The notes beneath the pieces were generated by a model that was not told where the DNA came from, did not search any database, and saw only the letters and a list, made by a program, of their open reading frames with translations. This document shows positions 57,959 to 58,351 of a DNA stretch of 58,351 nt, piece by piece. The stretch is from Deferribacterales bacterium. Its GTDB lineage: Bacteria; Chrysiogenota; Deferribacteres; Deferribacterales; Geovibrionaceae. Within the stretch, counting starts at the first letter, position 1. Each line of letters begins with the position of its first letter. The stretch covers positions 1 to 58,351 of the forward strand of contig JBFWJG010000008.1 in the NCBI GenBank assembly GCA_050253335.1, read 5' to 3'. A program made the translations under genes and the position numbers.

Positions 57959-58351
57959 CAAGGACGCAGGTTTTTCTTAATAATGTGGATTAACAGGATA
58001 TTCAGTTTGATGTTTTTGCAAACAACTCCAAGGACGGAGTTTCACCGTGTGAAGCGAAGCCGAACCGAGTTCGGCGCGAGCGTGTACAGAAAAGGGACAG
58101 GATGTGCCCTTTTCTGCGGCAAAACAGAACGCAAGCGAAACCAGAGCAGCAAGCAGTTTTACTGCGCAGGCTGCGAGTGAAGAAAAACTGCAAGGACGCA
58201 GGTTTTTCTGAACAATATAAATTAAGACAGGATGTTCAGTTTGATGTTATTAAACAGTCCCAAGGATGGGACTGCGCCGTGCGAAGCGAAGCCGAACTGA
58301 GTTCGGCGCGAGCGTGTACATCAAACTGACAGGATGTTCAGTTTGATGTTA
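57959..58351 (+). repeat. Tandem array (~232-bp period) of a hairpin-rich element with GGA loops; runs off the window
   Basis: 57959-58088 is repeated at 58191-58320; eight A(N)GGA motifs, mostly in stem-loops; 58127-58213 is homologous to the 47039-47125 insert. Confidence 0.85.

Noticed and set aside
57959..58351. CRISPR array
   Set aside because: Units are about 232 bp, internally diverged and lack unique equal-length spacers; no cas genes are present

Overview
Chromosomal region of an anaerobic, respiring Gram-negative bacterium; gene content suggests Deferribacterales (Geovibrio/Seleniivibrio-like), which is inference only. In order: a partial PEP/pyruvate-binding (PPDK_N) gene and gdhA; a sigma-54 two-component system upstream of two tandem DASS/SLC13 transporter paralogs, each with its own duplicated sigma-54 promoter and enhancer pair; a ~3 kb AT-rich island remnant at the 3' end of tRNA-Gly(CCC) carrying a STAND-like ATPase with a HEPN-like C-terminus, an unannotated higB pseudogene and a GFA gene; modABC with a ModE box; a Psr/Phs-type molybdoenzyme operon extended by Rieske, cytochrome b and a tetraheme ExtS-like cytochrome c, with a divergent ArsR regulator and a periplasmic rhodanese; a UbiD-family decarboxylase; a FIST hybrid kinase opposite an HD-GYP regulator; the hybOABCD [NiFe]-hydrogenase; two divergent large pilin-like paralogs; Moco genes; rmuC; a degenerate CobQ-like gene; and a NIT-domain chemoreceptor. 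The most unusual signal is a non-coding, highly structured repeat element with compensatory stem changes and conserved GGA loops. It occurs once between perfect 53-bp direct repeats of a gene 3' end (46927-47190) and again as a ~232-bp-period tandem array at the right edge (57959-58351).
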